64,000 bases of DNA from positions 62,001 through 126,000 of IMG/VR virus record IMGVR_UViG_3300046507_000667, one strand, 5' to 3'. The position numbers and the translations under genes are program-made. Positions 18,580-28,190 of this stretch are shown here, in pieces. The number at the start of each line of letters is the position of its first letter. The stretch's first letter is position 1. The notes under the pieces are model-generated. The model was not told where the DNA came from. It ran no database searches and worked only from the letters and a program-made list of their open reading frames with translations.

Positions 18580-18852
18580 TTAATTAATGAAAAAATCAGG
18601 TGATCCTTCAATGTTGGTAGAACCATCATCTAAGGAATCACCAACTCTAGCTACTGGAAGGCTATTTATGAATACATCAGGTGAACCTGATTCTTGCACT
18701 GCTTCATGACCATTGCATTCAGCATACTTGTCAGTTACCCTGACTATTCCTTTACCATTTACTGCAGTGTCTTCAGATGCAGTAATACTAGGTCTAGGTT
18801 GACAACTATCATGAGCAGAACATCTATCACCTAATCTTACTACAGCTGGCAT
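18580..18852 (-). CDS. PAAR-domain spike-tip protein
   Basis: PAVVRLGD.CSAH, VNGKGIVRVTD, VFINSLPVARVGD repeats. Confidence 0.9.
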   Translation of the reverse strand: MPAVVRLGDRCSAHDSCQPRPSITASEDTAVNGKGIVRVTDKYAECNGHEAVQESGSPDVFINSLPVARVGDSLDDGSTNIEGSPDFFIN

Positions 18853-18861
18853 AGTATTCCT

Positions 18862-19149
18862 TTAAGCGTCTTTATCAGCACTAAAGACACATCGAGTATT
18901 TTCATATGAAATATTACCATCTATCCACCATGCTGTGCCGAACATGTTGTGATGGTCAGGTAGCTTATGTACCTTTTCTAAATCTTTTTCTTCAATTGAT
19001 AGGATTATACTTCTACCAGTTTTTACACACCATGCCAAAGCTGCTTGAAGATTACTAAATCCTCGAACAGGACTACAAATATGTCCTGTGTCTTTATATA
19101 ATTTTGCTTTTTTAGGAGTAGTGCAATGAAAAAGAATTTGTGGTTTCAT
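18862..19149 (-). CDS. Hypothetical protein, 95 aa
   Basis: ATGA-coupled ORF; N-terminal LFHCTT motif. Confidence 0.75.
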   Translation of the reverse strand: MKPQILFHCTTPKKAKLYKDTGHICSPVRGFSNLQAALAWCVKTGRSIILSIEEKDLEKVHKLPDHHNMFGTAWWIDGNISYENTRCVFSADKDA

Positions 19150-19451
19150 TTAGATTGAATATGATCTTCTAATTGATCAATCGGAACAAGCTTATTTTTC
19201 TTATCACGAGGGTTAATATGAACGACTTTATACTTATTAGGCACTTCACCATCTGCATTGGATCGTAGGACAATACTCTTATTAGAACCAATGATAAGAT
19301 TTTCAATCGCCTTCATAACTACTTTATTTTTACTTTGAATAACGATTTGATCAATATTATCTAGATCAATAAACAAAGTTCTATCTTCAACTCGAAGTAC
19401 AGGAAGTTTAGTTTCCTGTTTTGTATCTTCTTTAATTTCCGGCATTAGCAA
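19146..19451 (-). CDS. Hypothetical protein, about 100 aa
   Basis: ORF in operon. Confidence 0.7.
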   Translation of the reverse strand: MLMPEIKEDTKQETKLPVLRVEDRTLFIDLDNIDQIVIQSKNKVVMKAIENLIIGSNKSIVLRSNADGEVPNKYKVVHINPRDKKNKLVPIDQLEDHIQSK

Positions 19452-19972
19452 AAATCTCCAATACGCTTCCGATTATTATTTCCTGCCAATCTAGTTTGCA
19501 TAAGACCCAAGAATGTCTCATTGGATGAGATATCTCTAATTTTACGTTTCATTTCTTGATACTTAGCATTATTCGGAAGACTTAGATTACGCAGAGGAAT
19601 ATTGCGCTCTTCACCATTAATTAGTACTTGACGAGTAGTGTGTCCTTCATCATTAAGTACTTTACCATAACCTTCAGTACAAATAACAATAGTACCATTT
19701 GTAAAAGAAGATACTTTTAGGTAATCATGGAATTCAAATTCAATAAGATTCTTTGCCTCAATTGTCTTAAGAGTACGAAGCGGTGATGCTTCCATTACTC
19801 GAAGATGGAGCATACCATTTTTAATAGTCTTAATTTCATCAATAGCCATAATTTGATAGGCATGGTCTTCATCTGTAGGAATGACCATCATACCAATTTC
19901 AAAGCCATAGGACTTCATCATTTGTGCTGCCTTTGCTGCGAATTCTTGATTCATCTTATTAATGTACAACAA
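19445..19972 (-). CDS. Hypothetical protein, about 170 aa
   Basis: ORF. Confidence 0.75.
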   Translation of the reverse strand: MLYINKMNQEFAAKAAQMMKSYGFEIGMMVIPTDEDHAYQIMAIDEIKTIKNGMLHLRVMEASPLRTLKTIEAKNLIEFEFHDYLKVSSFTNGTIVICTEGYGKVLNDEGHTTRQVLINGEERNIPLRNLSLPNNAKYQEMKRKIRDISSNETFLGLMQTRLAGNNNRKRIGDFC

Positions 19973-20037
19973 AAAGAAAATTTATTAAAATTAGAATAAA
20001 AAAGTAAAGGGTACTGCAATCCCTTTACTTTCCTACT

Positions 20038-20421
20038 TTAGAACGATTGAACCCAAGGATGATTAATACCCATATTATCTGTAGAGTAATTAATTACACC
20101 CAAGCAAATGTCACGAAGAGTATATGCACGTGTACCAGATGCAATGCCATGTTCAATCGCCCATTCAATTACATGGAGATAGAAAATAGCACGGGAGAAA
20201 TATAGACCATTCAGTCCATGTTCTCCCATATACGATTTATCTGAGTGACGAGTAAATCTATCTTGAAGCTTTTTGAGTTCACGAAAACGTCCCATAGCAT
20301 TAAGGTAGCTAGCGATGTCAATGTTTCCTCCATTGAAAGTGTCTTTGAATTTTTCAACACAATCAACTTTATTATGCATCAAATGGACTGAACGATTATT
20401 GCTGGAAAACGTTGCGAGCAT
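20038..20421 (-). CDS. Hypothetical protein, 127 aa
   Basis: ORF after the early motif at 20479. Confidence 0.75.
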   Translation of the reverse strand: MLATFSSNNRSVHLMHNKVDCVEKFKDTFNGGNIDIASYLNAMGRFRELKKLQDRFTRHSDKSYMGEHGLNGLYFSRAIFYLHVIEWAIEHGIASGTRAYTLRDICLGVINYSTDNMGINHPWVQSF

Positions 20422-20519
20422 GAAGAACTCCTAAGTTAGTAAATTATTTCGATAGGAGTTTCTTGCTCCTTCACCGAAATAATATATCTATAAAAGTTCA
20501 CCAGTTACGATGTTTCCAA

Positions 20520-20738
20520 TCATTCCCCGTTGTTTCCCTGATTGTGTAAGGCTGCATAGATTGATTGAGCTATACAAAGCGGTGCCCAGATAATCACTAA
20601 TACAAAGCCAGTCACAATTCTACCAGACGGTTGTGGGTTTGCTTCTTCAATCATTTTCCACATATCGGCATTATTATTAATCCATACTAAGCCAATAATT
20701 ACATAAATCACCATCCAAATGATGTAATAGACTATCAC
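20520..20738 (-). CDS. Small two-TM membrane protein
   Basis: Two hydrophobic segments. Confidence 0.7.
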   Translation of the reverse strand: MIVYYIIWMVIYVIIGLVWINNNADMWKMIEEANPQPSGRIVTGFVLVIIWAPLCIAQSIYAALHNQGNNGE

Positions 20739-20778
20739 TTTATACTATCCCAGTTAGTATTGTGAATAACTTAGAAAA

Positions 20779-21117
20779 CTACTCCATATCTTGAAGTAAG
20801 TAGACTAATACTCTTGCTGCATCTTGATAGAATAGTCCATACATTTTTTGATTTTCATCACTGAACCATTCGTTATTTGTTTCTGCTGCTTCTTTACTAA
20901 TGACACTAATCATTGGATTATTCAATGTCATATAGAAAGCAACCCATTGCTCTTTAGCAGATGCTTCAAATAATGCTCCAAAGATAGGAGCTAGAATATT
21001 GTTAGGAGAATGGACCTTTCCCATAAGTTTGGTAAAGGATAAGAAGCTTGTAGGAAAGTATAGAGACTCTCCAGATGACTTCTCAATAACTTCTTCCTGT
21101 TTATTACTAAATCCCAT
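20779..21117 (-). CDS. Hypothetical protein, paralog of 21392-21712
   Basis: Shared LYFP..F, EQW.A.Y and GL(F/Y)YQDA motifs. Confidence 0.8.
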   Translation of the reverse strand: MGFSNKQEEVIEKSSGESLYFPTSFLSFTKLMGKVHSPNNILAPIFGALFEASAKEQWVAFYMTLNNPMISVISKEAAETNNEWFSDENQKMYGLFYQDAARVLVYLLQDME

Positions 21118-21118
21118 A

Positions 21119-21328
21119 TTACTTCCTCACTCTAATCTGTGTTATGAGTTGATTCAAAGGAATTTTATCAGTATTAGCAAGCAATCTTTTAATTTTTAGT
21201 AAATTATGTGGTTTTAATGAGATTGCATTACGAACATCTGAATTCCATATAATATTTTTCGATTTGTCGATACTAGCATAAAACGTATCGCCATATCTGA
21301 TAATACAAGTCCTTCTAATCTTTCTCAT
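21119..21328 (-). CDS. Small basic hypothetical protein
   Basis: ORF with GAGG SD after the early motif at 21359. Confidence 0.7.
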   Translation of the reverse strand: MRKIRRTCIIRYGDTFYASIDKSKNIIWNSDVRNAISLKPHNLLKIKRLLANTDKIPLNQLITQIRVRK

Positions 21329-21391
21329 GATACCTCACTTACAGTACTAGCCAAATTAATAATATATTTGCATAGTAACCGCAAGTACCTA

Positions 21392-21712
21392 CTACCAAGC
21401 AGTTAGTAGGGCAAGCAGCTTACCAGCATCTTGATAATAAAGTCCTTCTTTATCGTTGGTCTTATCTTCAAAATACTGATTATTTTGTCTTGCTAATGGG
21501 TGATGTTCAATATGTACTTTAAGTCGGTTATCCTCAATATAAATTGCAGCCCATTTTTCTCTATATGCTGCACCATAGAGTTCACTAAGCATTTTAGCAT
21601 TAGCTATCTTATGCTTAGGATCTTGTGATGTAAAATAGTCATTGAAGTTTTCTGGAAAGAGATATTCTTCACCATCATATTCTACAACATCTTGAGTGTT
21701 TGCAAATGCCAT
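21392..21712 (-). CDS. Hypothetical protein, paralog of 20779-21117
   Basis: Shared motifs; early motif at 21763. Confidence 0.8.
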   Translation of the reverse strand: MAFANTQDVVEYDGEEYLFPENFNDYFTSQDPKHKIANAKMLSELYGAAYREKWAAIYIEDNRLKVHIEHHPLARQNNQYFEDKTNDKEGLYYQDAGKLLALLTAW

Positions 21713-21848
21713 TACTATACCTATAACGTTAAGTTGATTTTGTTATAGTTGTTATCAATATAATAATATATTCGCAAAAAGCAAATAAAACTCCCTAACC
21801 CTCTTTCGAAGGTTAGGGAGATTATTCCAACAGATACTAAGTTACAGC

Positions 21849-23405
21849 TTAAGCATTGTTAGCAATTGTTACCTTACCAATCATGGGGGTAACCATGTTG
21901 AATAGGTGACGCTTGATCATCTGAATGCTTGGTAGGTTAACTGTGTTTGGTGAAGCTGAACCGCGAACAGTTAGGAAGCTGTATGGGTAGTACTTGAAGG
22001 TTGTGAAGTCTGGTTCTGAAGGAACGTAGATCACAATGAATTCACCTTGTGTGAAGTAAGGTGATTGTAGTAGAGTGTAGGTTGTGATACCTGATGTGAA
22101 GGTACCGACCTTGTAGTCTACTGATACATCATTTGGTTGCTCATCATTGTTGTAAACCCAACGAACGTTTGAAACAACTTGTGCATCGAGTGGGTGTGCG
22201 AAAATAACTGCATGACCACTGTAGATGTTTACTGATGTTTGAAGCTTGGTTACTAGACGATCGAACTTGATCTTGATCTGTTCACGCCATGCTGCATCAC
22301 CTAGAGCGTAGTTGCTTGGGGGAACTACGTCAAATGCTTCAGTGATACCAGCGGATTGCTGGAATGAACGCTTAAGGAAGTCAATACCTTGAAGGTCAGT
22401 AGCATGAGCGATAACAGTTGACATTGACTCTAGGTGAGCTAGAGTTGAGTCAATCTGGTACATTGCCATAACATCAGTGATTTGCTGAATGTTAATTGGG
22501 CTTTCTACTGGCTGTGCGGTACCAACTACTAGTTCGATAGCATCGATATCGAAACCAACTTGTAGTGCAGCATTGTTAGCTTCTGAAGATACATAACCAC
22601 GAATCTTAAAGTCTGATAGAACACCACCGATTGCGGTAGCATCAATTAGACCCTTTTCACGGTTTACCTTAGCTAGGAAGGTAGCTGTATGTTCAGGAAC
22701 TGGTGTAGCGCCACCAACTGCTGGTACTGTAACTTGACCTTGAATAACGTTGATGTTGGTATCAAGCTTGAATTCAACAGGGAAAACAACGCCATCAACT
22801 GTTACTGAAGTAACTGCGAAATTACCATCGATTTCATCGCCGAGTGCTGCATTCTTGCTGATTGGGGTGAGTAGGTCGAAACCTGATACAGCACCACCAG
22901 TTACAGGAACATCAGCATTTAGCTGTGGAAGACCAAATAGGTCACGACGTGCTGTCATTGCACCTGGAAGGTAAACCTTCTCATTGGTAGCATGATCAAC
23001 GATGTAAGGACGCTTTGTAGTAATCTTGAACTTTGGTTGCTCGACTGGTTCGGTAGGAAGACCTTCACGAACAGCAATCTTTGGGAAACCAACGCGTAGA
23101 ATTGGGAGTGAAAGCGCTGTAATTGGGTTCGCACCGGCGATTGTACTTTCGGTAAGAGTACCCATACGGACGTTTTCAGCTAGCATAATAAGGTCTTGAC
23201 GTGTTTGTTCGTCAGTACCTTCAACTAGGCGCTCAACGTATTCGTTGAAAGCTACCTTGTTGCTCATTACGTCTAGAGCTGCTTCTGAGAAAATATTTAC
23301 GCCTTCGCCTTCGAAGTGTTCTTGTAGAGCCTTAACTGTACCAAGAGCCTTTGAAGTATATTGTTGACCACGGCGATGGCTTGGAGCACCATATGAAACT
23401 GCCAT
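21849..23405 (-). CDS. Major capsid protein precursor
   Basis: 518 aa, strongly biased codons; PITALSLPILR.GFP..., FDIDAIELVVG..QP and KR..F..VTP.IGK.TI resemble T4/jumbo HK97-fold MCP; late motif at 23483-23494. Confidence 0.8.
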   Translation of the reverse strand: MAVSYGAPSHRRGQQYTSKALGTVKALQEHFEGEGVNIFSEAALDVMSNKVAFNEYVERLVEGTDEQTRQDLIMLAENVRMGTLTESTIAGANPITALSLPILRVGFPKIAVREGLPTEPVEQPKFKITTKRPYIVDHATNEKVYLPGAMTARRDLFGLPQLNADVPVTGGAVSGFDLLTPISKNAALGDEIDGNFAVTSVTVDGVVFPVEFKLDTNINVIQGQVTVPAVGGATPVPEHTATFLAKVNREKGLIDATAIGGVLSDFKIRGYVSSEANNAALQVGFDIDAIELVVGTAQPVESPINIQQITDVMAMYQIDSTLAHLESMSTVIAHATDLQGIDFLKRSFQQSAGITEAFDVVPPSNYALGDAAWREQIKIKFDRLVTKLQTSVNIYSGHAVIFAHPLDAQVVSNVRWVYNNDEQPNDVSVDYKVGTFTSGITTYTLLQSPYFTQGEFIVIYVPSEPDFTTFKYYPYSFLTVRGSASPNTVNLPSIQMIKRHLFNMVTPMIGKVTIANNA

Positions 23406-23526
23406 TTTGAATTCCTTATTTAAATAAAGTAACCGTAATTTTTAAAAATTAAGGCCGACGACTTCTCAAGTACGTCTGCTTCTATACAAATGTTTGATAC
23501 AGTTACAAATCATTTATAACAAAATC

Positions 23527-24183
23527 CTACTTTGCCTTCTTTTTAGTTTGATTATTAATACTATTAGCCTTAACGAAAAGTTGAAGGTTAGTGTTAATAC
23601 CTCTAAGGTCAGACATATAGGTGTTATAAATTGCTAAAAGATCAGCATATTTTTTTGTGGTGAAAAATTCCACATCAACTAATAGAGAATCCAAACTAGT
23701 AATGTTAAATTGAATCTTATCTTTGATAAATTTAACTGTATATAGATTGGATGCAGGTAAATCTAAGTCTGCTAGCTTAGTATAGATATCTAAAAGATTT
23801 CTATAACTGATTTGTAATTGTGTAAAGAGATCATAGAGAAGCACGCGCTTCTTCTGAGTTTCTTCATCTTCTGGAGTCTCAGGTGATGGAGTATCCGTAT
23901 CTGGATCGAATTCTTGAGAACTATCATCATCAGCCGCCACAGCATTATCTGTGTTCTCACTACCTTCGTTCTCGTCAGGATATTCTACATCATACTGAGA
24001 ATCATCATTGGAAGAATCATCATCAGAATTACTAGAGTCATCATCGGAACTTGAATTATCGCTAGACACATCTTCTTTGTCTGCGGTTATATCTTTGTTG
24101 CTATCGTCTTTATCTGAAGCCTTGGGATCTTGGGTATCTGTATCGCCGTCAGCCTCTAATAAAAACTTAAGAAATGAATCCAT
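23527..24183 (-). CDS. Acidic Asp/Ser-rich probable head or scaffold-associated protein
   Basis: Adjacent to MCP; FLLEADG start; late motif at 24215-24226. Confidence 0.55.
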   Translation of the reverse strand: MDSFLKFLLEADGDTDTQDPKASDKDDSNKDITADKEDVSSDNSSSDDDSSNSDDDSSNDDSQYDVEYPDENEGSENTDNAVAADDDSSQEFDPDTDTPSPETPEDEETQKKRVLLYDLFTQLQISYRNLLDIYTKLADLDLPASNLYTVKFIKDKIQFNITSLDSLLVDVEFFTTKKYADLLAIYNTYMSDLRGINTNLQLFVKANSINNQTKKKAK

Positions 24184-24307
24184 GGTTTCTAGTTCCTATG
24201 ATAATTCTTAAAACTATCTGATTGTTTATTGATTTTCAATAACAGGATGACATTTCGTAAATCTTCTAGAAAAAGAAAAGGCATAGTAACCTATGCCCCT
24301 TCTTTAT

Positions 24308-24796
24308 TTATTTGACAGCATATCCAGTAGTGAATACTTTACTGAATAAATTTGTCATAATATCATTAGCCTCTTCTTCGGGCTTTTCTTTTTTAGAGGG
24401 TCCAACAATAGCTTCAAACATGTCATGAATTTCATTACATGCTTGACAGACAGGTTCCATTGTTTCTAATAACTTAACGAATGGTAGTGTGATTAGGTCT
24501 TTTGCGTCTTGTGAGACAATTAGTTCATTCTGTAGTTCAAAGAAAGAAATTGCTTCAAGTGCTTCTTCTTTTCTTCTTTGAATGTGAACTTTCATATTGA
24601 AAAGCTTTTCATATTCAATGGCCGACTTCTTTAACAGTCTTCGTGCTGACAAAACTGAGATTTCAGTACAATCCTTGTATTTTTCAGTGGTTTTATAAAC
24701 CCAATTGGCAATGCCAATAGTACTGAAATGAAAATTATGAAACTCGATTGCATCATGTATGCGTAGGCCTGTTAGGTCATACATGTCAAACCCCAC
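24308..24796 (-). CDS. Hypothetical protein, about 160 aa
   Basis: ORF. Confidence 0.7.
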   Translation of the reverse strand: MGFDMYDLTGLRIHDAIEFHNFHFSTIGIANWVYKTTEKYKDCTEISVLSARRLLKKSAIEYEKLFNMKVHIQRRKEEALEAISFFELQNELIVSQDAKDLITLPFVKLLETMEPVCQACNEIHDMFEAIVGPSKKEKPEEEANDIMTNLFSKVFTTGYAVK

Positions 24797-24869
24797 TTAT
24801 TTTTATTAAACTAAAAAAAAAAGAAATCCCATAATACTAATTTATGGGATTCCTATTAAACCGTTCTAA

Positions 24870-25280
24870 TTAAAGTGGATACCAGTACACTACTTCGTAG
24901 TGTCTTTTATGTTGACGGAACTTAGCAAGATTTCCATCCATCTTAATAAGTTCATGCCGAACGATCCAATAATCTTTTTCTGTTACAGTTCGTTTGTAAT
25001 TATATTGGGTCTTGCCACCAATCTCAACAGATTGGCGGATATTACCATGAATCTTTACCTTCTTGCGATGTTTTTCAAGATGGTAACCAAGCATGTATGT
25101 AACTCCATCCTTGGTGAAACCGAGTCCGGTCCAACTACGGTTCTCCGCATAACTAGAAGTACCGGTAATGAAAGTCAATCCCGGATACTTGCTGCGGATT
25201 TTTGCCATAGCTTCTGCATGGCTAGATGCACGAAAACTACGTGCTGTTTCAGGACGACTATTGATGAACTTCTTAGACAT
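24870..25280 (-). CDS. Hypothetical basic protein, 136 aa
   Basis: ORF with AAGGA SD. Confidence 0.8.
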   Translation of the reverse strand: MSKKFINSRPETARSFRASSHAEAMAKIRSKYPGLTFITGTSSYAENRSWTGLGFTKDGVTYMLGYHLEKHRKKVKIHGNIRQSVEIGGKTQYNYKRTVTEKDYWIVRHELIKMDGNLAKFRQHKRHYEVVYWYPL

Positions 25281-25417
25281 GATTTTGCTTTCCTTTCTTT
25301 TCTTAGATTTTTATATCAATATTACGACCAAGAATTTCATTAAAAGAAACTTTAATCGTTTCCTGCTTTTGCTGCGGATACTGCTGTTGCTTATATTGCT
25401 GAAGAGAATCAGTTGTC

Positions 25418-25672
25418 CTATAAATAGGACTGATTGGCAGAATTAGCATCGTCAATATCTTTCAGAGTGACAGGAACGAGCACAATAACTTCTTCAGTTA
25501 GCCCATTCTTATTATTGAACTGAGCTTTCTGTATTACTTTAATATCATGCAAAATCAACGGATTATTCGGATCTTGAATCTTTACTATCTTGGCATAATC
25601 GCACAAGAACTCATTATGAAGAGCTTCTTCAAGAGTCTGAGCATCCATACCTACCATAGTTTCCGTTGCCAT
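25418..25672 (-). CDS. Hypothetical protein, 84 aa
   Basis: ORF after the early motif at 25709. Confidence 0.75.
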   Translation of the reverse strand: MATETMVGMDAQTLEEALHNEFLCDYAKIVKIQDPNNPLILHDIKVIQKAQFNNKNGLTEEVIVLVPVTLKDIDDANSANQSYL

Positions 25673-25782
25673 TTCAATTCCTTAATTGAATAGGTTAAAG
25701 TCAGCAATATAATATATCTTCAAAAAGAAGATTAATACAATTTGATTCCCTTAGCTTTTGCCAAGGGAATCATTGTAATACT

Positions 25783-26127
25783 TTATTTACCCGTTGGCCA
25801 ACGAGTTTCCTCTATGGGAATAAATTCTTCACCCTTTTTTCTAGCGAGCATTGTGTATATTTGTAGCTCGTCTTTTTCTTTTACTTCACTATCTAGGACT
25901 TCATAAAAAGTTTCTCCTTTACCAAAGCAAAATCTATGTAGAGGAGTTTTAAATCCATTACTAGCTAAATGGGTACTATATTTAGACACAGTATAATTAT
26001 TATTTATGCTTAAAATGACCCTTCCCGTTTGTATATTAGTACTAGGATCACTTTGAATTTTATTCAGAAATTCTCTACTCTTTGCATGTAAACCAAAGTT
26101 TATAGAATTAGCAGAAGGCTTCAGCAT
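25783..26127 (-). CDS. Hypothetical protein, 114 aa
   Basis: ORF after the early motif at 26174. Confidence 0.7.
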   Translation of the reverse strand: MLKPSANSINFGLHAKSREFLNKIQSDPSTNIQTGRVILSINNNYTVSKYSTHLASNGFKTPLHRFCFGKGETFYEVLDSEVKEKDELQIYTMLARKKGEEFIPIEETRWPTGK

Positions 26128-26272
26128 AAATACTTTTCCTAAAGAGTTATATTAATTACAGTACTACATAAATATAATATATTTTCAAGATGATTGCAAC
26201 TACAATGTAAAAGCAAAGAAAACCCCATAACCCTTTTTTCAAGAGTTATGGGGAGATTATAAGCTAATTAGC

Positions 26273-26680
26273 TTACTTCTTCTTTGCTACGACAACCTTC
26301 TTAGCTGGTGCAGCAACTACCTTCTTGGCAGGAGCAGCAGGAGTCTTCTTAGCAGCAGGAGCTGCCTTCTTTGCTGGAGCGGCTTCTGCTTCAGCAGCAA
26401 CTTCTTCACCAATAGCATATGCCTTGAGTGCAAAAGTTTGCTTTGCTGGAACTTCAACTGATTCGCCAGTACGTGGGTTACGTGCTGTACGAGCAGCTTG
26501 GTCCTTACGCTTGAAGGTACCAACGACTGTACGGATTGAACCTTCAGCCATTGCAACCTTACGGATACCCTTTAGAACTGCGTCTAGAGCAACGCCAACG
26601 TCCTTCTTGGTTGAGCTTTCAACACCAGCGGCTGCTAGTTCTGATTGTACTGCTGCGATTAGATCGTCACGATTTGCCAT
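26273..26680 (-). CDS. HU/IHF-family DNA-binding protein with PAKK-rich tail
   Basis: RDDLIAAV...GTFKRKDQAARTARNPRTGESVEVPAK is a canonical HU arm. Confidence 0.92.
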   Translation of the reverse strand: MANRDDLIAAVQSELAAAGVESSTKKDVGVALDAVLKGIRKVAMAEGSIRTVVGTFKRKDQAARTARNPRTGESVEVPAKQTFALKAYAIGEEVAAEAEAAPAKKAAPAAKKTPAAPAKKVVAAPAKKVVVAKKK

Positions 26681-26886
26681 GATAATTTCCTAAAAATGAA
26701 AAGATGATAATGAAGTTAAATTTGAAAATTTATAAATTCTGAATTTCAGAACTCTATACCTATGTTAGTTACAACTCTGAAAATTCTACGATATAAAAGT
26801 GCTTGAATTTTGAGGGGAACTTGTATAGAGTAAGAAGTTCCTTACGGCCGGTTAAAGCCATAAGGAACTAGGGGATTTACTACCTA

Positions 26887-27495
26887 TTACTCTGCTGCGT
26901 CAGCTGCCTTGATGAAACAAACATCAATGATTTCGATAAGGCGATCCTTCTTAGCCGAATCAATCTCAGCGATGATATCTGCTTCTAGGTAAGCTTCGTG
27001 TTTGTGCAACCATCCGCGTAGAAGTGCAACACTCATCTTCTGGTAAGCTTCTAGAGAAAGAATCTCTACTTCGCCTTCCTCACCTGCTTCGCTCTCATCT
27101 GAAGAGGATTCTTCAGACTGCTCTGATTCAGATGATTCTTCAGCTTGATCTTGTGCAGCAATGATCTCAGCGACAGGAGTCTCTGGTTTCACTTCTACTA
27201 CAGGAGGAAGCTCAATTGAAGTTGGAGTTGGTACTAGTGGAGTAGGCATATTCTTTGCGGTTTCTACAACCTCACCTTCAGGGAGTTTGGCGAAAACGTA
27301 AGGAAGTACACGGTTACCAGCAATATCGATCGTCACATCTTTTGTAGCATGCTCTTTTACATCAAAACCCATCTTTTTAAGCTGTGCTGCATGAGTCTTT
27401 AGAATGCTAATTGGTGATGAGATAGGACCGATCTTATTAATAAACGGAATACGCTTATTATTGCTGATTGTAACAAAAACGTTTGTATCAGACAT
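26887..27495 (-). CDS. Hypothetical acidic protein, 202 aa
   Basis: ORF with AGGAGG SD. Confidence 0.8.
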   Translation of the reverse strand: MSDTNVFVTISNNKRIPFINKIGPISSPISILKTHAAQLKKMGFDVKEHATKDVTIDIAGNRVLPYVFAKLPEGEVVETAKNMPTPLVPTPTSIELPPVVEVKPETPVAEIIAAQDQAEESSESEQSEESSSDESEAGEEGEVEILSLEAYQKMSVALLRGWLHKHEAYLEADIIAEIDSAKKDRLIEIIDVCFIKAADAAE

Positions 27496-27533
27496 TATAA
27501 GATGTCCTCCTAAGAGATTATAATTGATTCTTA

Positions 27534-28139
27534 TTAGATTACGAGGTTGTCGTCGTCTGAGTCGTCCCAGCCGTCGTCTTCATCGTCATCCATATCACCA
27601 TCGGAGAGGATGCCTTCTACTTCATTTGCGCCTAGATCATCTAGAGCAACTTCATCATCACCTTGGTCAAGGCTACCAGTGTCAACGCCACCAACTACAC
27701 CACCAACATCGCTGAACTTAACTGAAGAATCTTCAGAAGCTTCGTTGATGCCGAGTAGATAACCGACCATATCTGATTGGCTTTGAGCAGCACTTGTAGC
27801 ACATGATGGCTTTAGTGATGACTCAGGAGCTTCACCTTGATTTTGGTGTTGGAAATAATTATCTGGAGCTAGTGTATCAGTTAGATCATTATCGTTAACT
27901 TGTGGAGCACGATTCTGATTGAAGAACTGAAGATTGTCAACACCAGCATCTGTTGGTTGCTCATGTGGACCAGCGGCATCAATGAAGGTTGCTTCGTCAA
28001 GGCCGATTTCTTCGAAAAGTAGTTCTTCAACTGATTCAGCGATAAAACTTGCTGAATTTTCAAGCATAGAGCCGGTCTCAGCTAGTGCTTCGTTTAGTGA
28101 GATTGCATCTACTTGCTCTTGTAGAGTTAGAGTAGTCAT
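27534..28139 (-). CDS. Very acidic probable internal head protein
   Basis: D/E-rich; repeated L/I-x-E motifs; late motif at 28180-28191. Confidence 0.55.
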   Translation of the reverse strand: MTTLTLQEQVDAISLNEALAETGSMLENSASFIAESVEELLFEEIGLDEATFIDAAGPHEQPTDAGVDNLQFFNQNRAPQVNDNDLTDTLAPDNYFQHQNQGEAPESSLKPSCATSAAQSQSDMVGYLLGINEASEDSSVKFSDVGGVVGGVDTGSLDQGDDEVALDDLGANEVEGILSDGDMDDDEDDGWDDSDDDNLVI

Positions 28140-28190
28140 TTAAAGTTTCCTTACTGTGTTTAAAATAAAACAAACAAGCTATTTGTTTGT

